Source of the DNA: a virus
Taxonomy: Duplodnaviria; Caudoviricetes
Strand: one strand, 5' to 3'
Virus record (IMG/VR): IMGVR_UViG_3300037501_000111
Coordinates: 192,001-256,000 of that record
Length of the DNA stretch: 64,000 nt
The position numbers and the translations under genes are program-made. Within the stretch, counting starts at the first letter, position 1. The number at the start of each line of letters is the position of its first letter. The notes under the pieces were generated by a model. It was not told the origin of the DNA. It saw nothing but the letters and a program-made list of their open reading frames with translations, and searched no databases. This document shows positions 1-9,863 of this stretch, piece by piece.

Positions 1-119
1 AAATCAAAAAGAATGGACAAGTAGTATCAGATCCGGTACCAGAAGCAAATCAGCCACCTGTTGTTAGATCAAGTTTAGACCAGGTAACACCTGGTCAACG
101 TTTTAAGAGGAATCAATGA
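1..119 (+). CDS. 3' end of a hypothetical protein (5'-truncated by window edge)
   Basis: Frame starting at base 3 is open to TGA at 117-119, which overlaps the ATG of the next gene (ATGA). Confidence 0.45.
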   Translation, partial: IKKNGQVVSDPVPEANQPPVVRSSLDQVTPGQRFKRNQ

Positions 120-481
120 AAAAGACTAAGAGACTTACTCGTAGACAACTTAAGAACGCACAACAATTTTTGTCTGATTTAGATCAGCCAAAAAAGAGTC
201 GTAGAAATACAAAATTAGTGCATGCTCTAAAGAAACACCTAACTAGTGTAGTAGAGAAGACTGCTCTTAAAGTTGCTAAAGTTGAACCAATTTTTAGCTT
301 GGCAAACTATTTTGCTAAGAAAGCACAAAAGAGGCTAGAGAAACTTACTCAGCGCGAGGAAGATCGTCAAGCTAAGGCGGATAAGATTGCTGTCAGGGCC
401 AAGTTGAAGGCAGCCAAGAAAGCGGCCCGTGAAGCAAGAGAAGCTAAAAGAGCTGCTAGATTAGCTAGAGAACAAGAATAA
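116..481 (+). CDS. Lys/Arg/Ala-rich basic hypothetical protein (possible nucleic-acid-binding)
   Basis: 121-aa ORF, very basic, helical C-terminus (KAAKKAAREAREAKRAARLARE). Confidence 0.6.
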   Translation: MKKTKRLTRRQLKNAQQFLSDLDQPKKSRRNTKLVHALKKHLTSVVEKTALKVAKVEPIFSLANYFAKKAQKRLEKLTQREEDRQAKADKIAVRAKLKAAKKAAREAREAKRAARLAREQE

Positions 482-490
482 GGCGGTTAC

Positions 491-1357
491 ATGGCAGAGT
501 TGATTAAAGGAATTGATGTATCTGTTTACCAAGGCGATAATATCAATTGGAAAGCAGTCGCAGCGGCAGGTTACAAATTCGTTATTTGTCGTTGCGGTGT
601 AGGTAATGGTTCTAAAGATAAGAATTATGCAAAGAATATAGCTGGTGCTAAAGCCGTAGGACTTAAAGTGGCAGCTTACCATTTTGTTTATCCGCTTCCT
701 ACTATTCCAAATCAACCATTACGCGATCCAAAAGCGCAAGCTAAGTTACATGCTGATTGGGCAGGCAAAGATATTTTAGCTGCATGTGACTTGGAGTGGC
801 CTGAACCAGAAAATTGGAGCAAATGGGGTTGTACTGCTCAGCAAATAATTGATTGGACCGTAACTTATTTAGAAGAGTATGAAAGGCTAACTGGTATCCG
901 ACCAGTTGTTTATACTTATCCATACTTTGCTAAAGCTATTAATCTTCCAACATCATTTGCTCAGAAATGGCAGTTGTGGATTGCTAGCTATACGGCTAAT
1001 CCAACTATTCCTAAACCTTGGACTGACTGGCTGCTTTGGCAAGACTCTGGCGGTAAAACTACAAATTTACCTGGTGGTGGGCCTGTGGATACCAATAAAG
1101 CCCGCGATCTGTCATGGTGGGAAAATTTTGAAAAGCGCAATGCTACACCAGAACCACCTCCACCAGAGCCGGTGCCAGAACCAACTCCTACACCAGAACC
1201 ACCTCCACCAGAGCCGGTGCCAGAACCAACTCCTACTCCAGTAGTTCCACCGCTCCCGCCGCCTCCAGTTCAGCCTACTGGTAATTCAAATTTCTTTGTT
1301 GCTTTTATTCAGGAAGTGATCGATTTGTTGAAAAAAGTATTTAAATTCAAGAAGTAA
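491..1357 (+). CDS. GH25 muramidase (endolysin) with Pro-rich linker and amphipathic C-terminal helix
   Basis: GIDVSVYQG N-terminal motif, D-L-E catalytic-type motif, YTYPYF, LWIASY, LWQDS and VDTN motifs of GH25 lysozymes. Confidence 0.9.
   Translation: MAELIKGIDVSVYQGDNINWKAVAAAGYKFVICRCGVGNGSKDKNYAKNIAGAKAVGLKVAAYHFVYPLPTIPNQPLRDPKAQAKLHADWAGKDILAACDLEWPEPENWSKWGCTAQQIIDWTVTYLEEYERLTGIRPVVYTYPYFAKAINLPTSFAQKWQLWIASYTANPTIPKPWTDWLLWQDSGGKTTNLPGGGPVDTNKARDLSWWENFEKRNATPEPPPPEPVPEPTPTPEPPPPEPVPEPTPTPVVPPLPPPPVQPTGNSNFFVAFIQEVIDLLKKVFKFKK
1143..1240 (+). repeat. 45-bp in-frame tandem repeat (2 perfect copies plus partial) encoding TPEPPPPEPVPEPTP
   Basis: ctacaccagaaccacctccaccagagccggtgccagaaccaactc at 1143-1187 and 1188-1232. 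Confidence 0.95.
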
Positions 1358-1429
1358 TCGCGCTACAGTTACTGCAATTAGCATGTAAGATTTGTCGAGA
1401 AAAAGGTATCAGTTATATATGATACCTGC

Positions 1430-2956
1430 ATGGCGAAGATCGTAATCAAAGGCAACACGTCGCAAATTATCGAAGAAGCAGATGTTGAGCACATTCTTGC
1501 TTTGGATAAGCATTTGTCGTTTTACGTACAAGGTGCCGAACATACTGCTGCATTCAAGGGATATCTCAATCGTGATGGGGATTGGGTTAAGTGGGATGGC
1601 TTTAAAAAGCTACTCACTCCAACTCTTCAATTTCCAAGTGGGCTCGTAGAAAGAGTCAAAGACTTCTACCATACTGCTGGCAAAGATATTGAAGTAATAG
1701 ACAAGAGAATTGCAAAGAGTCCTGGTAAGCCGCGCGACATTCTTACAAATTTAAAAAAGATTGGCAAAGAACCGTACCCGTATCAAACGGAAATTCTTGA
1801 TGTCATTGACAAATATGATCGAGGAATTATCAAAGTAGCTACAGGGGGTGGCAAGTCTCTCATCGCTGCTTTAATTGCTGCAAAATTAGGCAAGAAAACT
1901 ATTATTTACGTAATTGGCAAAGATTTACTCTACCAATTCCACGAGTTTTTCTCGCAATGTTTCGACGAACCAATTGGTATCATTGGAGATGGACAATGTC
2001 AAATTCATGATATCAATATCGCTAGTATTTGGACGGTAGGCCAAGCTATTGGTATGAAGAAGAATGAGATTCTTCTTGATTCGGATGACGATGAGAAGCT
2101 CATCAATAAGACTAAGTATGCTGATATTCTAAAAATGATGAAAGAAGCGAAAGTCTCTATCATTGATGAATGTCACATGTCAGCTTGTGAAACTATTCAA
2201 CAGATATTTAAACAATCAGCCACTGAGTATCTTTACGGACTTAGTGGATCTCCTTGGAGAGATGATGGTGCCGATCTTCTAATTGAGTCTATTCTTGGTA
2301 AGTATATTGTTAATATTCCAGCTTCCAGATTAATTAGAGAAGGATATCTAGCCCAACCATTTATCAAATTCCGAGTTACACCACCGTACCCTTATGAATT
2401 GGAAAAGAATTATCAATCAATCTATAAGAACTATGTCGTAGAAAATGATGTTCGTAATGGCTTGGTATTAGATGCTGCAAAAACATTGGTCAAGAAGGGA
2501 TATCAAACCTTAGTATTATTTAGTAGTATCAAACATGGAAAGATTTTGTATGAACTATTTAAAGAACACATGAACTGTGCTATTCTAGACGGCTCCAACG
2601 ATAAAGATGAAAGAGAAAAAGTCAAGAAGGACCTCATGGCTCATAAAATTGATTGTGTTCTAGCATCACGTATCTTTGATATAGGCGTCGATATCCCAAG
2701 TCTATCGGGTCTAGTCATTGCTTGCGGAGGCAAATCAACAGTTAAAGCTTTACAGAGGGTTGGCCGAGTTATTCGTAAATATCCGGGTAAAAAGTTTGCT
2801 GTGATAGTAGATTTTGCCGATCAGGTTACGTTCTTAGATAATCACTCTCGTATACGACATAGTATTTATTCATCTGAAGATGGATTTAATGTGTCATGGC
2901 CTGTAGAAGTAAAGCAAACAAGGAAGAGGAAAAAGAAGAATGAACAAGAAGAATGA
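1430..2956 (+). CDS. SF2 DEAD/DEAH-box helicase (UvsW/ResIII-like)
   Basis: Walker A VATGGGKS, DECH box, GLSGSP motif III, QRVGRVIR motif VI. Confidence 0.9.
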   Translation: MAKIVIKGNTSQIIEEADVEHILALDKHLSFYVQGAEHTAAFKGYLNRDGDWVKWDGFKKLLTPTLQFPSGLVERVKDFYHTAGKDIEVIDKRIAKSPGKPRDILTNLKKIGKEPYPYQTEILDVIDKYDRGIIKVATGGGKSLIAALIAAKLGKKTIIYVIGKDLLYQFHEFFSQCFDEPIGIIGDGQCQIHDINIASIWTVGQAIGMKKNEILLDSDDDEKLINKTKYADILKMMKEAKVSIIDECHMSACETIQQIFKQSATEYLYGLSGSPWRDDGADLLIESILGKYIVNIPASRLIREGYLAQPFIKFRVTPPYPYELEKNYQSIYKNYVVENDVRNGLVLDAAKTLVKKGYQTLVLFSSIKHGKILYELFKEHMNCAILDGSNDKDEREKVKKDLMAHKIDCVLASRIFDIGVDIPSLSGLVIACGGKSTVKALQRVGRVIRKYPGKKFAVIVDFADQVTFLDNHSRIRHSIYSSEDGFNVSWPVEVKQTRKRKKKNEQEE

Positions 2957-3542
2957 TGATGGAGGGGCATTATCGCCTATTCCAAATGACAAATACAAAA
3001 AGTTCTTCGAAAAGTTTGCTGAGATAGATACCCTGGATGTGTCGCAATGGAAGGTTGTCCACATCCTTGGTTATTTCTGCAAGAAGTATAAGCAGACTTA
3101 CGGAATTGATTATTCTTGGAAGTTCAATAACCAAAGTCCCACTAAATGCTTTGAAGTATGGCAAGCTAACACACTAGCAGCCAAACTATCTGCAAACCCC
3201 AAGATTCTGCGAGATTACATCGATTGGGTTTTCGTAAACCACGTGCCAAAGACCAAAGCACGTTTCAGATCCGTCTCATTCATTACTAAAGATGAAATAG
3301 TGCAAGACTATAAAATGAATGTACTTCTTGCGGGGCAGAAAAACCTACAAGTAGATCGTTCAACACTTTTGCCGTCAAACTACGTGGACATTATCAAAGA
3401 GCTGGCGAATCTTAATGTTTCTACATATGGTGATTTGGCGTTCATTTCACAAATGGATCCAATGCCGGACAATATTACCAAAGCGTTAGCAAAATTGTCA
3501 GAATTTGGTTTAGATCAAGATGTATTGAAGAGGATTGTATGA
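2940..3542 (+). CDS. hypothetical protein in replication operon
   Basis: 200-aa ORF overlapping both neighbours; no recognisable motif. Confidence 0.7.
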   Translation: MNKKNDDGGALSPIPNDKYKKFFEKFAEIDTLDVSQWKVVHILGYFCKKYKQTYGIDYSWKFNNQSPTKCFEVWQANTLAAKLSANPKILRDYIDWVFVNHVPKTKARFRSVSFITKDEIVQDYKMNVLLAGQKNLQVDRSTLLPSNYVDIIKELANLNVSTYGDLAFISQMDPMPDNITKALAKLSEFGLDQDVLKRIV

Positions 3543-4075
3543 ACTTAGGGCCACTTTCTATTGTTTCTAGAGGCAGCCATGTCAAGTATTTTCTACGCAG
3601 CGGAATGGTGCTAGAGGGAATTGTAGAAGAAGATACCGCATCGCAGGTAGTATTAAGATCATTAGATGGCGAAAGCTTAATGATTATACACCGCCCCACG
3701 GAAGATATAATGCTAACCAAGGTAATACTCAGGACCACACCCGAGGAAGCTCAGGTTGAACTAGAAAAACCACCAATTCGACCACTTGAAAAACAGGAAC
3801 AAATCAAGGAAAAATTGCACGAAGCGCTACAAACTCCAGATGATCCTGAACTTCAAAAGAAGAGTATTGCAGAATTACGTCAGCTTGTTCACGAGCAAGA
3901 GCGTCAAATTATTGCGCAGAAAAGACGTGAGCATTTTGGCGTCCCCGGCTCAACTAAGATGACTCAGTATAGTTCACCCTATATGCTGAGAGTGCATCCT
4001 AGATCTAATACTGCACGATATCAACCCGGCAAATTGCCTAATTGGGTTTATGGCCGCTCACCGGAGAAAAAGTAA
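3539..4075 (+). CDS. hypothetical protein, N-terminal domain possibly Sm/Hfq-like
   Basis: ATGA overlap with upstream gene; VKYFLRSGMVLEGIV pattern resembles the Sm1 motif. Confidence 0.6.
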   Translation: MNLGPLSIVSRGSHVKYFLRSGMVLEGIVEEDTASQVVLRSLDGESLMIIHRPTEDIMLTKVILRTTPEEAQVELEKPPIRPLEKQEQIKEKLHEALQTPDDPELQKKSIAELRQLVHEQERQIIAQKRREHFGVPGSTKMTQYSSPYMLRVHPRSNTARYQPGKLPNWVYGRSPEKK

Positions 4076-4776
4076 TGGAACCAATTGATTTTACTAGAAG
4101 CCGCGCCCTTAACAATGTACCTGGCAAAAAGCTTCAGGAAAGACTTGATAGTATCAATAATAGCTCCGATGAAGACCAGGTCAAACGTGTTAAGCTAATT
4201 GCTTACAACAGATATGCTGAAAGTAATATTCCAATTGAGTACTGGGATCTCAAGATGGAGAAAGATTTTGTTGGCGATGAACGTTTAAAGAAAAAGTATG
4301 AAGAGTATGTAGCGGACTTGAAAGCATCTCATCAGTCTGGATCTTCTTTTTGTCTTGCCGGAGGCCATGGTGTTGGTAAAACAATGACTATGACTTGTAT
4401 TCTCAAAAAGGCAAGTCAGAAGGGTTATTCTTGTTTATATACTACGCTTAGCGATATTGTCAGTGTATTAACTCAAGCACCGGCTGAAGAGAGATTCCTA
4501 GCGCGTCAAGAATTGATTAAGGTTGATTTTCTAGTCATAGATGAGTTTGATCCGAGATTTATGGCTTCAGAAAATGCTGCTGACTTGTATGCTAGAACGT
4601 TAGAAAGTATTTTCCGCACTCGCAGCGCTAATAAACAACCAACATTAATGTGTACAAATAGTCCAAATGTTATTGAGAGCTTCGGTGGTGCTTTGAAAGC
4701 TAGTATTGGTAGTTTAATGAAAGGCTACACTAAGATATTTCCAGTATTGGGCGAAGATGTTAGGGGTAAGAAATGA
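4075..4776 (+). CDS. DnaC/IstB-like AAA+ ATPase (helicase loader)
   Basis: Walker A GGHGVGKT, Walker B LVIDEFD, LMCTN; directly upstream of DnaB. Start moved to the TAATG overlap at 4075 (track start 4042). Confidence 0.85.
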   Translation: MEPIDFTRSRALNNVPGKKLQERLDSINNSSDEDQVKRVKLIAYNRYAESNIPIEYWDLKMEKDFVGDERLKKKYEEYVADLKASHQSGSSFCLAGGHGVGKTMTMTCILKKASQKGYSCLYTTLSDIVSVLTQAPAEERFLARQELIKVDFLVIDEFDPRFMASENAADLYARTLESIFRTRSANKQPTLMCTNSPNVIESFGGALKASIGSLMKGYTKIFPVLGEDVRGKK

Positions 4777-6218
4777 GTTTTGATGATTTGGAAATGAGAG
4801 TGCTTAAGACCATTACTTCAAATAAGAAGTTTGGTCTTGACTTTGCAAATGAGAATGATCCAAAACTCTTTTCTGGTGAGTTATGGAATTTTGCTAACGT
4901 AGTAGTTGGCTATATCAAAACCCACAAAGACTTGCCCACCATTCGTGTAATTAATGAAAAACTTGCCAAAGGCAACAACGACAATCTGCTTAAAAAAATT
5001 AACTCTGTGTGGAATGCATTGCAGAAGGTCCAAGCAGATGATAAAGAATATAAACACGATTTAGATAGGCTTAAGAAACGTTTTGCTGAAAAGCAAATAC
5101 TCGATACTTCTGGTATGCTCAGCAAACTAGAACCTGGTAGTATAGACGTAAACAAAACTGTCGTTGAGCTACAGAAAACTATTCAATCTATCAAGGGACT
5201 TAACCAAACCCGCTCATATGAACGCAGAACTTTAAAAGATGAAGTTCCTCATTTCCGTGATGAATACAATGCTAAGTTAGAAGATCCAAACTTTGATGCA
5301 GGTATTAAAACCGGTTATTCTTTTTTGGATTATGTAACTGATGGTTTGCGTGGCGGAGAAATGTTGCTCATTGGTGGTGAATCTGGTGGCGGTAAATCTA
5401 TGCTTCTAATGAACATGGCGCTCCAAATTTGGCTGCAAGAAAATCAAGCATTGCTAGAAGAATATTTGCAATCGCCGGCTAGTGAGTTTGATTTCACTAA
5501 ACTTAAACCGGGCAGTAACGTAATGTATTTTTCATTAGAAATGCCATTCAAGCCATGTCGCAACCGTGTGCTTGGTAGATTATCTACTAATCCCACGAAA
5601 CTAATTCGTACAGCCAAGTTGAATGGCGAGGAAGCGACCAAGCTAAAGAAAGTTCTCAAGTTTGTTCAACACTATCAATCTCAATTTGAAATCATTGATA
5701 TCCCTCGTGGCGCTACAATGGAAAGTCTTGAGATGATATATGAGGAAGCCAAAGTTCTGTATGACCCAAAGATCATCGTCATCGACTATCTCGGGTTGAT
5801 GGACTATGAAGGCGGCAAAGATATGGACGATTGGTTGAAGCTTGGTAAAATTGCCGAGCGTATCCATGAGTTCGCCCGTGTACATAATGTAATTGTATTG
5901 AGTGCAGTTCAGCTTAATAGAAATAAGGGAACTAAGGAAGAAGATAAAATTGGTTTGCATCGTATTGGTCGTTCCGCTTTGATTATGCAGAATGCTAACA
6001 TTGCGGTTCAAATTGAGACTCGTGCTAACGAAAAGAACTTCCCAGATATGAAGTATCATATTATCAAAAATCGTGATGGCGAGTTAGGTGATGGGCGCCT
6101 CATTAAAAATCTGGCTTGTGGCACACTTTTAGACGAAAAAACCGAAGAAGATCCAACTACTTTTGAGATGCGTGATATAGATGATATTTCTGAAAAGATT
6201 GAATTGCTTGATATATAA
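4773..6218 (+). CDS. dnaB: replicative DNA helicase, DnaB family
   Basis: GIKTGY, Walker A GGESGGGKS, FSLEM, IVIDYLGLM, SAVQLNR, IIKNRDG motifs. Confidence 0.92.
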   Translation: MSFDDLEMRVLKTITSNKKFGLDFANENDPKLFSGELWNFANVVVGYIKTHKDLPTIRVINEKLAKGNNDNLLKKINSVWNALQKVQADDKEYKHDLDRLKKRFAEKQILDTSGMLSKLEPGSIDVNKTVVELQKTIQSIKGLNQTRSYERRTLKDEVPHFRDEYNAKLEDPNFDAGIKTGYSFLDYVTDGLRGGEMLLIGGESGGGKSMLLMNMALQIWLQENQALLEEYLQSPASEFDFTKLKPGSNVMYFSLEMPFKPCRNRVLGRLSTNPTKLIRTAKLNGEEATKLKKVLKFVQHYQSQFEIIDIPRGATMESLEMIYEEAKVLYDPKIIVIDYLGLMDYEGGKDMDDWLKLGKIAERIHEFARVHNVIVLSAVQLNRNKGTKEEDKIGLHRIGRSALIMQNANIAVQIETRANEKNFPDMKYHIIKNRDGELGDGRLIKNLACGTLLDEKTEEDPTTFEMRDIDDISEKIELLDI

Positions 6219-6224
6219 AATGGT

Positions 6225-7022
6225 ATGGAAACCAAAAAATGTACGGGTAAATGTGGGCAAATTAAATCTATAACCGAATTCTCTACTCGTAGTGATAATG
6301 GCAAAGCCTATAATAAATGTAGGCAGTGTGTTAAAGAATACTACGAGAACTATAGAAAAGAAAAAGCAGACAAGATAAAACAGCAAAAGCTTAATCACTA
6401 CCTAAATAATAAAAACTCTATACTTGAAGAGAAAAAACAATATTACAAAAAGAATAAAGAGCGTATACTTCATAACTCGCAAAAATATTATGAAGACAAT
6501 AAAGAAGAACTTAAAATTCAACATAGGGCGTACTATCTCAAAAACAGGAATAAGATTTTAAGAGATAAAAAGTTGTATAGTAAGAGAAATCAAAAGAAGA
6601 TATCCAGGTATACCGTTCAATATTTTAAGTTGAGGCGTTCTAAAGACCCATCATTTGCATTAAGATGTGACTTATCAACTACAATAGGGAGGGCACTTAG
6701 ATTAGACATTAGCTCCAAAAATGGTAAATCTATAACCGAATACCTGCCTTACACTATTGATGAACTCAAAGTTCATCTTGAGGCTCAGTTCGAGCCATGG
6801 ATGAATTGGGATAACAGAGGCAAATATAATGAAATGTCTTGGAACGATAATGATCCAACCACTTGGACGTGGCAGATCGATCACATCATACCACACAGCA
6901 AATTCCACTATACCTCAATGACAGATCAGGCATTCCAAGACTGTTGGGCTCTAAGCAATTTGCGACCTCTCAGCGCAAAACAAAATCAAGCAGATGGCGC
7001 TAGTAAAACGAGACATAAATAG
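6225..7022 (+). CDS. free-standing HNH homing endonuclease with Lys/Tyr-rich N-terminus
   Basis: WQIDHIIP...NLRPLSAKQN HNH-type core; paralogue of 9864..10439. Confidence 0.8.
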   Translation: METKKCTGKCGQIKSITEFSTRSDNGKAYNKCRQCVKEYYENYRKEKADKIKQQKLNHYLNNKNSILEEKKQYYKKNKERILHNSQKYYEDNKEELKIQHRAYYLKNRNKILRDKKLYSKRNQKKISRYTVQYFKLRRSKDPSFALRCDLSTTIGRALRLDISSKNGKSITEYLPYTIDELKVHLEAQFEPWMNWDNRGKYNEMSWNDNDPTTWTWQIDHIIPHSKFHYTSMTDQAFQDCWALSNLRPLSAKQNQADGASKTRHK

Positions 7023-7041
7023 ACATATAATAGAGGTCAAA

Positions 7042-7212
7042 ATGCAGGATAAAGTAGTGGCAGAAGCCGTCAGAATAGAATACGAAGAAAAGACCGGAAA
7101 ACTGTTTATTGTATTTGAGGTCAAGGACGAAAAGTATAAGCAAGATATCAAAGCCAATTGGACAAAAGATATAGAATTTAGGCTAGTAGACAAATCTTTG
7201 GTGACAGGATGA
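7042..7212 (+). CDS. small hypothetical protein
   Basis: GAGG RBS before ATG 7042 (track start 6994); ATGA overlap downstream. Confidence 0.6.
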   Translation: MQDKVVAEAVRIEYEEKTGKLFIVFEVKDEKYKQDIKANWTKDIEFRLVDKSLVTG

Positions 7213-7556
7213 GAAAGAAAGAAATTAGTAACCTGAGAGAAATAATTGATGCAGGTTACCCGCACATTTGTATCAACCTTGACGACTTCAACCAATTTAT
7301 ACAAATCCCATGGGAAGCCAAGCGCTTTTACCCTATGAGAGGTCGTGGTAATTGGTATGAGAAAAAGGGGTTCTTTCATAATGGCAAAACTGCTGTCTGG
7401 GCAACACTCAGCATACAACAGAATCATATCAAGATTGCCGATAAAGAAATTCCAACTCTCTCGACTGGGGCTTATTGGTCTAGAAATTTTTCATTTGAAG
7501 AAGAAGGTAGCCCACGGATCATTCAGAAGATGATGAAATTGAAAGCGTTTTGGTAA
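7209..7556 (+). CDS. hypothetical protein ending in LKAFW
   Basis: 115-aa ORF with ATGA coupling. Confidence 0.65.
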   Translation: MRKKEISNLREIIDAGYPHICINLDDFNQFIQIPWEAKRFYPMRGRGNWYEKKGFFHNGKTAVWATLSIQQNHIKIADKEIPTLSTGAYWSRNFSFEEEGSPRIIQKMMKLKAFW

Positions 7557-7567
7557 GAGGAAATATC

Positions 7568-7876
7568 ATGCCAACTTATGAACATCGATGTGATACTTGT
7601 AAACACGAATGGGAAGATTCTTACTCTATTAAGGCTGACCCGCCTAAACAATGCCCTGAGTGTAAAGCAGAAACTGTAACAAGACTTATCTCTGGTACTG
7701 CTAAAGGGGTAGTTGAGCTATACGGGCAGGAGCTAGTAGATAAGATTAAGGCTGACGCTCAGAAAACAAAAGCTGAGGCTGCTAAAGATGAAAAAGTATA
7801 TGCAAATCTATTAGGGGAAGATAGATATCAAAGCATACAAACTCAAATGGATAAACGTAGACGCGAGCGCCGATGA
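7568..7876 (+). CDS. FmdB-family zinc-ribbon protein with helical C-terminal extension
   Basis: MPTYEHRCDTC...CPEC..RLIS signature; GAGGA RBS before ATG 7568. Confidence 0.8.
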   Translation: MPTYEHRCDTCKHEWEDSYSIKADPPKQCPECKAETVTRLISGTAKGVVELYGQELVDKIKADAQKTKAEAAKDEKVYANLLGEDRYQSIQTQMDKRRRERR

Positions 7877-8100
7877 ATGAGGACCGCCAACTTCAATTAT
7901 CCAGTGATATGTTAGTCTGTAAATATACAGTCAAGAAATTATTGCGTAGAATTTTTGATTTAGAATTAGATACCGAAACTTCTTCAGAAGAGAAGATGGC
8001 AGAAATCAAAAAGATTAAGGATGAAATGATGAAAGTTGGTGCGGAAATTGACAAGGTAAAAAAAGAGATTAGATTATTAGGAAACTACAACGTAAATTGA
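7873..8100 (+). CDS. small coiled-coil hypothetical protein
   Basis: 75-aa ORF, ATGA overlap. Confidence 0.6.
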   Translation: MNEDRQLQLSSDMLVCKYTVKKLLRRIFDLELDTETSSEEKMAEIKKIKDEMMKVGAEIDKVKKEIRLLGNYNVN

Positions 8101-8106
8101 GGATAA

Positions 8107-8301
8107 ATGCCGACGTATCTTTACGAGTGCCCCGAACATGGGGAGTTTGAACATCAACATTCAATTAATGATGAGTTGGAATTTTGCCCTAGATGTCAGG
8201 AAGAAAAATCTGCCACTCTACATAAGGTAAAAAGACTTATTGCTGGTGGAAGTGGTTTTATACTGAATGGCGGCGGCTGGGCCAAAGAAGGATATTCATG
8301 A
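8107..8301 (+). CDS. FmdB-family zinc-ribbon protein
   Basis: MPTYLYECPEHG...CPRC...RLI..GSGF.L.GGGW signature. Confidence 0.85.
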   Translation: MPTYLYECPEHGEFEHQHSINDELEFCPRCQEEKSATLHKVKRLIAGGSGFILNGGGWAKEGYS

Positions 8302-8930
8302 GCGCAGGAGATAAGCTTATAGGAAATAGATTTGGTAAATTAGTTGTATTGGGAGAATATGAACCCAGTCGCCAAGCTATTAATAATCTAAACCATTACT
8401 CTGCAAGAGTATATGCGTCCGTTCTTTGTCAATGTGATTGTGGAAATACTAAGAGAATTCCCGTTCATGATTTAAGAAAAGGCTCAACTAAATCATGTGG
8501 TTGTTTTAGGAGTGAAAATTCATCTAAAATGTGGAAGGAGCTAGGTAAAATTGGAGGAAGAAAAAGGCGTAAGTATTCAACAAAAGAGTCGAGCGCCAGG
8601 GACTTATTCCAAAAATACCTGAAAAGACATCCTGGTGATTTGACTTTCGAAGAGTTTTATAAATTAACACAACTTGAATGTCATCATTGCGGTGCAAATC
8701 CGCACCAAATATATCTGGTAAAGAACGCAACGGATGATGATAAAACAAGCCAATTTATTTACAATGGATTGGATAGAGTTGATATTTCAAGAGGATATGA
8801 TAAAGATAATGTAGTTCCATGTTGCGGTACGTGTAATTTTATGAGGCATAAATTATCATTGTCCGATTTTTATATGCACATAACTAAAATCGTTAAGCAT
8901 CGTGGTTGGGATTTACCAAAACACGGCTAA
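8298..8930 (+). CDS. free-standing HNH endonuclease (KSCGC-type N-terminal Zn domain)
   Basis: FGKLVV..CQCDCG..KSCGC, CHHCG, GLDRVD..GYDKDNVVPCCGTCN; paralogue of 24063..24650. Confidence 0.8.
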   Translation: MSAGDKLIGNRFGKLVVLGEYEPSRQAINNLNHYSARVYASVLCQCDCGNTKRIPVHDLRKGSTKSCGCFRSENSSKMWKELGKIGGRKRRKYSTKESSARDLFQKYLKRHPGDLTFEEFYKLTQLECHHCGANPHQIYLVKNATDDDKTSQFIYNGLDRVDISRGYDKDNVVPCCGTCNFMRHKLSLSDFYMHITKIVKHRGWDLPKHG

Positions 8931-8931
8931 C

Positions 8932-9084
8932 ATGAAAAACAAGGGTGGCAGAGAAAACGATAAACATAAGTTAGAGCATGTAGTTGAATTGCTCAAGTTT
9001 GCCCTATCTCTTGACGATGAAGAGATAATGAAGTCCACCGTTGAATCCGTTATTGAAATATTAGAAGAAGAAATTAGTAAGTGA
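8932..9084 (+). CDS. small hypothetical protein
   Basis: ATG one base after the upstream stop (track start 8902). Confidence 0.5.
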   Translation: MKNKGGRENDKHKLEHVVELLKFALSLDDEEIMKSTVESVIEILEEEISK

Positions 9085-9176
9085 ATCGACGAGTTGTAGC
9101 GGTCAACAATCTAATTTTGGAAGCCGTATCAATAATGGAGTATAACATTACTTTCGACTAAAGTGAGAGAAGACTA

Positions 9177-9806
9177 ATGCTGACAGAACAAGAAGCACAT
9201 GACCTAATGAATAAGCTAATTGATCTTAGAATCCAGGCTAAAGAGACTGGAGACTCTAAGATTATAGCCCAATTAAAGCGTCATGAACAAGAATGCATCG
9301 AGAAATTTAGATATCTTGTCACCATGAAAACTGGCCGTTACAAGGCGTTCAGTAATTATGAAGACTTGAATCAAGAGGGCTTTGAAGCTCTGATCAAAGC
9401 AATGAAAACCTTCAAACCAAACAAGGGATCTTTTTTTGCGTGGGCACATAACTATATTGGTACTCGTATTTCGAGAAGTGCCAATTTGCACACGACTATT
9501 CGTTTCCCTTTGAAGGTAGCTAAAGCCAACACCCCGCACAAAGAATCTATTATGCCTGTGCAGGTTGAGGAACGTTATTGCCCTGATAAGGAGCTTGAAG
9601 AATCTCAAGTTACTCATGCCGTGCAAGATGCTTTGTCTGTCCTCTCAAAAGAACAGAAGGAGATCATCAGTTTGGCATATGGCTTTGACGGTGACAAGCC
9701 CATGTCCATTAATAAGATATGTAAAAAATTAAACATATCTCGATTAAGTTGTATTAAAACAATCAACAGCGCTCTTTCTTCTATGAAAGAGAATATCAAA
9801 ATCTAA
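9177..9806 (+). CDS. RNA polymerase sigma-70 family factor
   Basis: Region 2 EDLNQEGFEALIKAMKTF.P.KGSF.AWA and region 4 HTH LS.EQKEIISLAYGF....SINKICKKLNISR. Confidence 0.88.
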   Translation: MLTEQEAHDLMNKLIDLRIQAKETGDSKIIAQLKRHEQECIEKFRYLVTMKTGRYKAFSNYEDLNQEGFEALIKAMKTFKPNKGSFFAWAHNYIGTRISRSANLHTTIRFPLKVAKANTPHKESIMPVQVEERYCPDKELEESQVTHAVQDALSVLSKEQKEIISLAYGFDGDKPMSINKICKKLNISRLSCIKTINSALSSMKENIKI

Positions 9807-9863
9807 TCAGTAGATTTTTGATTTACAAACTAAATTTAACTAACTTAATTCTAAGGACGGATT

